From contig DATLRB010000060.1 of assembly GCA_035534875.1 (NCBI GenBank), positions 90,241-154,240 of the forward strand: DNA of 64,000 bases, in the 5' to 3' direction. The notes beneath the pieces were generated by a model, which was not told the origin of the DNA, ran no database searches, and worked only from the letters and a program-made list of their open reading frames with translations. Below, piece after piece: positions 62,048 to 64,000 of this stretch; the stretch's first letter is position 1, and every line of letters starts with the position of its first letter. The position numbers and the translations under genes were made by a program. The stretch comes from Candidatus Saccharimonadales bacterium. Lineage in GTDB: Bacteria > Chloroflexota > Dormibacteria > Aeolococcales > Aeolococcaceae.

Positions 62048-64000
62048 ATGAGCGCGCGGCGTCATCGCGGCACGAGAGTCGTTCGCCAGGCCGGCGCTGC
62101 GCTCACCGCCGGGGCGCTCTCGCTCTTCTCCGGCGGCATCATCGGCCACGCGCTCTCGACGTCGACCACGACTCTGACCTCGGGCACCAATCCCTCCTTG
62201 GGGGGGCAGGCAGTCGTCTTCACCGCGACGATCACGCCGGTCGCACCGGCGCCGGGTGGGTCAGTCACCTTCCAGGACGGCGGGATCAACGTTGCCGGCT
62301 GCGTCAACAGGCCGGTCGCAGCCCGGGTTGCCACCTGCAGGACCGCCGCTCTCACCGTCGGATCGCACACCGTCACCGCCGTCTACGGCGGTAACGCGAC
62401 GTACGCGACCAGCACATCTGCGCCGGTGACGCAGGTGGTGACCATGGGGTCCACCACGACAGTCGTCGGCGCGTCAGTCAACCCATCGGTGAGCGGTCAG
62501 ACCGTGACGTACAAGGCCACGGTCCGCGCGGTCGCGCCCGCCGCTGGGACGCGCACCGGCACAATGGCGTTTCAGGATGGCGGCGTCATCATGGCCGGCT
62601 GCGGCGCCAAGGCGGTCGCGGTCGCCGGCACGGCCACGTGCGCGATCGCCTACGCAGGACCGGGGACGCACACCGTCACCGCGATCTACAGCGGTGACGC
62701 CAATTTCGCGGCTTCGACGTCCTCAGACCTCATCCAGACGGTCAACCTCGGCGCGACCGCGATCGCGCTGAGATCGTCGGCCAACCCCTCGCGCACCGGC
62801 GCGAACGTGAGGTTCACCGCCAACGTCAGGGCCGCGGCCCCCGCCTCGGGGACGCGGACCGGGACTGTCGACTTTCAGGTTGCCGGCGTCGACATCACGG
62901 GTTGCAGTGCGCAGGTCGTGCCCGCGTCGGGGACTGCCACGTGCGTCACGAAGATGCTGAACCTCGGCGCGAACACGATCACCGCCGCCTACAGCGGTGA
63001 TGCCAACTTCTCATCGAGCACATCGCCGGCCCTCACGCAGACGGTGACCCAGGGCGCGACCACAACCAGGGTCGCGTCGTCGCTGAATCCTTCGAGCGCC
63101 GGTGTCAGGGTGACCTTCACCGCGACGGTCGCCGCGGTCGCTCCCGCAACGGGGACGCGCACCGGAACGGTCGCGTTCGAGGATGGCGGTGTCGCCATTG
63201 CGGGCTGTGGGGCGCAGGTCCTGGGGGCTGTGGGGACCGCGACGTGCGCGACCAACGGACTCGCGGCCGGCGTGCACACCATCACCGCGGTGTACAGCGG
63301 CGACGGCGACTTCATCACGAGCACGTCAGCGCCGCTCACACAGACCGTGGTCGGCCCGACGACGACGACAGTCACCTCCGACGCGAACCCGTCCGTGCTC
63401 GGGCAGAGCATTCAGTACACGGCGACCGTTGCCGGCGACCCGACGGTGACCGGCACGATCACGTTCCGCGACGGTGGCGCCAACATCGCCGGTTGCGTCG
63501 CGGTGGTGATGACCGCCGGCTCCGCATCGTGCGACGTGTCGCCGGCGGTGGGCTCGCACACGATCACCGCGGTCTACAGCGGTGACGCGAGCAACGCCAA
63601 GAGCACCTCTTTCGTTCTGACTCAGGTGGTGACGGCCGACCCGACCACCACGGTGTTGACGGCGACGGTGAATCCGACGCTGTTCGGCGAGTCCGTGACC
63701 TTCACCGCCACCGTGACCGCCAACGCTCCCGGATCGGGCACTCCGACCGGCACGGTGGCATTCGACGACGGTACGGCCGCCATCGCGGGGTGCGGTGGGG
63801 TGACGTTGGCCGCGGGTGTCGCCACCTGCACCACAACCACGCTGAACGTCGGTGGGCACTCGATCAGCGGTATCTACAACGGCAGTTCGAACGATGTGCC
63901 CAGCACCTCATCCGTCCTGACGGAGACGGTGAACCCGGCCTCGACCACGACGGCGGTTGGATCGTCGACGAGCCCCTCGGTGTCCGGTCAGCCGGTGACC
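62048..64000 (+). CDS. Ig-like (Big_3_5-type) domain repeat protein, 3' end outside window
   Basis: It is not in the ORF track because no stop occurs before the window end. It is my own translation: MSARRHRGTRVVRQAGAALTAGALSLFSGGIIGHA (signal), then 6 complete units of ..NPS..GQ.VTF(T/K)ATV....P..GT.TGTV.F.DGG..IAGC......G.ATC....L..G.HTITA.YSGD.NF..STS.. and the start of a 7th. In-frame ATG 61991 is an alternative start. Confidence 0.85.
   Translation, partial: MSARRHRGTRVVRQAGAALTAGALSLFSGGIIGHALSTSTTTLTSGTNPSLGGQAVVFTATITPVAPAPGGSVTFQDGGINVAGCVNRPVAARVATCRTAALTVGSHTVTAVYGGNATYATSTSAPVTQVVTMGSTTTVVGASVNPSVSGQTVTYKATVRAVAPAAGTRTGTMAFQDGGVIMAGCGAKAVAVAGTATCAIAYAGPGTHTVTAIYSGDANFAASTSSDLIQTVNLGATAIALRSSANPSRTGANVRFTANVRAAAPASGTRTGTVDFQVAGVDITGCSAQVVPASGTATCVTKMLNLGANTITAAYSGDANFSSSTSPALTQTVTQGATTTRVASSLNPSSAGVRVTFTATVAAVAPATGTRTGTVAFEDGGVAIAGCGAQVLGAVGTATCATNGLAAGVHTITAVYSGDGDFITSTSAPLTQTVVGPTTTTVTSDANPSVLGQSIQYTATVAGDPTVTGTITFRDGGANIAGCVAVVMTAGSASCDVSPAVGSHTITAVYSGDASNAKSTSFVLTQVVTADPTTTVLTATVNPTLFGESVTFTATVTANAPGSGTPTGTVAFDDGTAAIAGCGGVTLAAGVATCTTTTLNVGGHSISGIYNGSSNDVPSTSSVLTETVNPASTTTAVGSSTSPSVSGQPVT

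Noticed and set aside
1-64000. Mobile elements, prophage, integrative islands or known defence systems
   Set aside because: I recognised no integrase, transposase, recombinase, phage structural, restriction-modification, toxin-antitoxin or Cas-like proteins. There are no flanking tRNA or direct-repeat boundaries, and apart from 60.6-62.0 kb there is no obvious compositional break.

Overview
This is a 64-kb, uniformly high-GC, gene-dense chromosomal segment. It looks actinobacterial: frequent GTG/TTG starts, GGAGG-type ribosome-binding sites, 1-4 nt start/stop overlaps, and families such as deazaflavin-dependent nitroreductase, DUF5996, DUF6510 and SARP/BTAD. This is a judgement by eye only, with no database search. 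I call about 56 protein-coding genes. I found no rRNA, tRNA, CRISPR array, transposase, integrase or phage genes.

Content by region:
- 0-28 kb is mixed housekeeping and accessory. It holds DrrAB-like and MacB-like ABC exporters, a TetR/MFS pair, orn, aceB, a cold-shock gene and a molybdoenzyme/FNR/DUF6510 operon. It also holds a large MalT-like NTPase with a C-terminal SARP module and a BNR-propeller/MoaD-like pair.
- 28-44 kb is a catabolic block. A TrmB-led operon encodes two amidohydrolase_2 proteins, an SDR and a DhbE-like aryl-AMP ligase. It is followed by a Liv-type ABC importer and a CocE/NonD hydrolase - 2-hydroxyacid dehydrogenase - M24 peptidase - thiolase string.
- 44-64 kb is strongly enriched for exported and surface proteins. 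These are a Cys-rich secreted protein and a 1563-aa lectin/DUF11/11xIg adhesin with an exact 273-bp tandem repeat. There is also a cupredoxin lipoprotein, a subtilase with a Trp-pentapeptide tail co-directional with a membrane GAF-GGDEF-EAL protein, and a small 4-Cys secreted protein. A second Ig-repeat protein runs off the 3' end and is absent from the supplied ORF track.

The most interesting hypotheses, all unproven, are:
1. The secreted protein -> subtilase -> c-di-GMP enzyme string flanked by repeat adhesins.
2. The translationally coupled BNR-propeller + MoaD/ThiS-like protein ending in GG-DD.
3. An aldo-keto reductase / PNKP-like kinase / catalytically degenerate HAD-like triple fusion.
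4. A DUF5996 + stand-alone zf-UBP operon.
5. An unusually gene-poor 1.5-kb stretch at 60.6-62.0 kb.

Most long ORFs antisense to these genes are high-GC shadow frames and were rejected.
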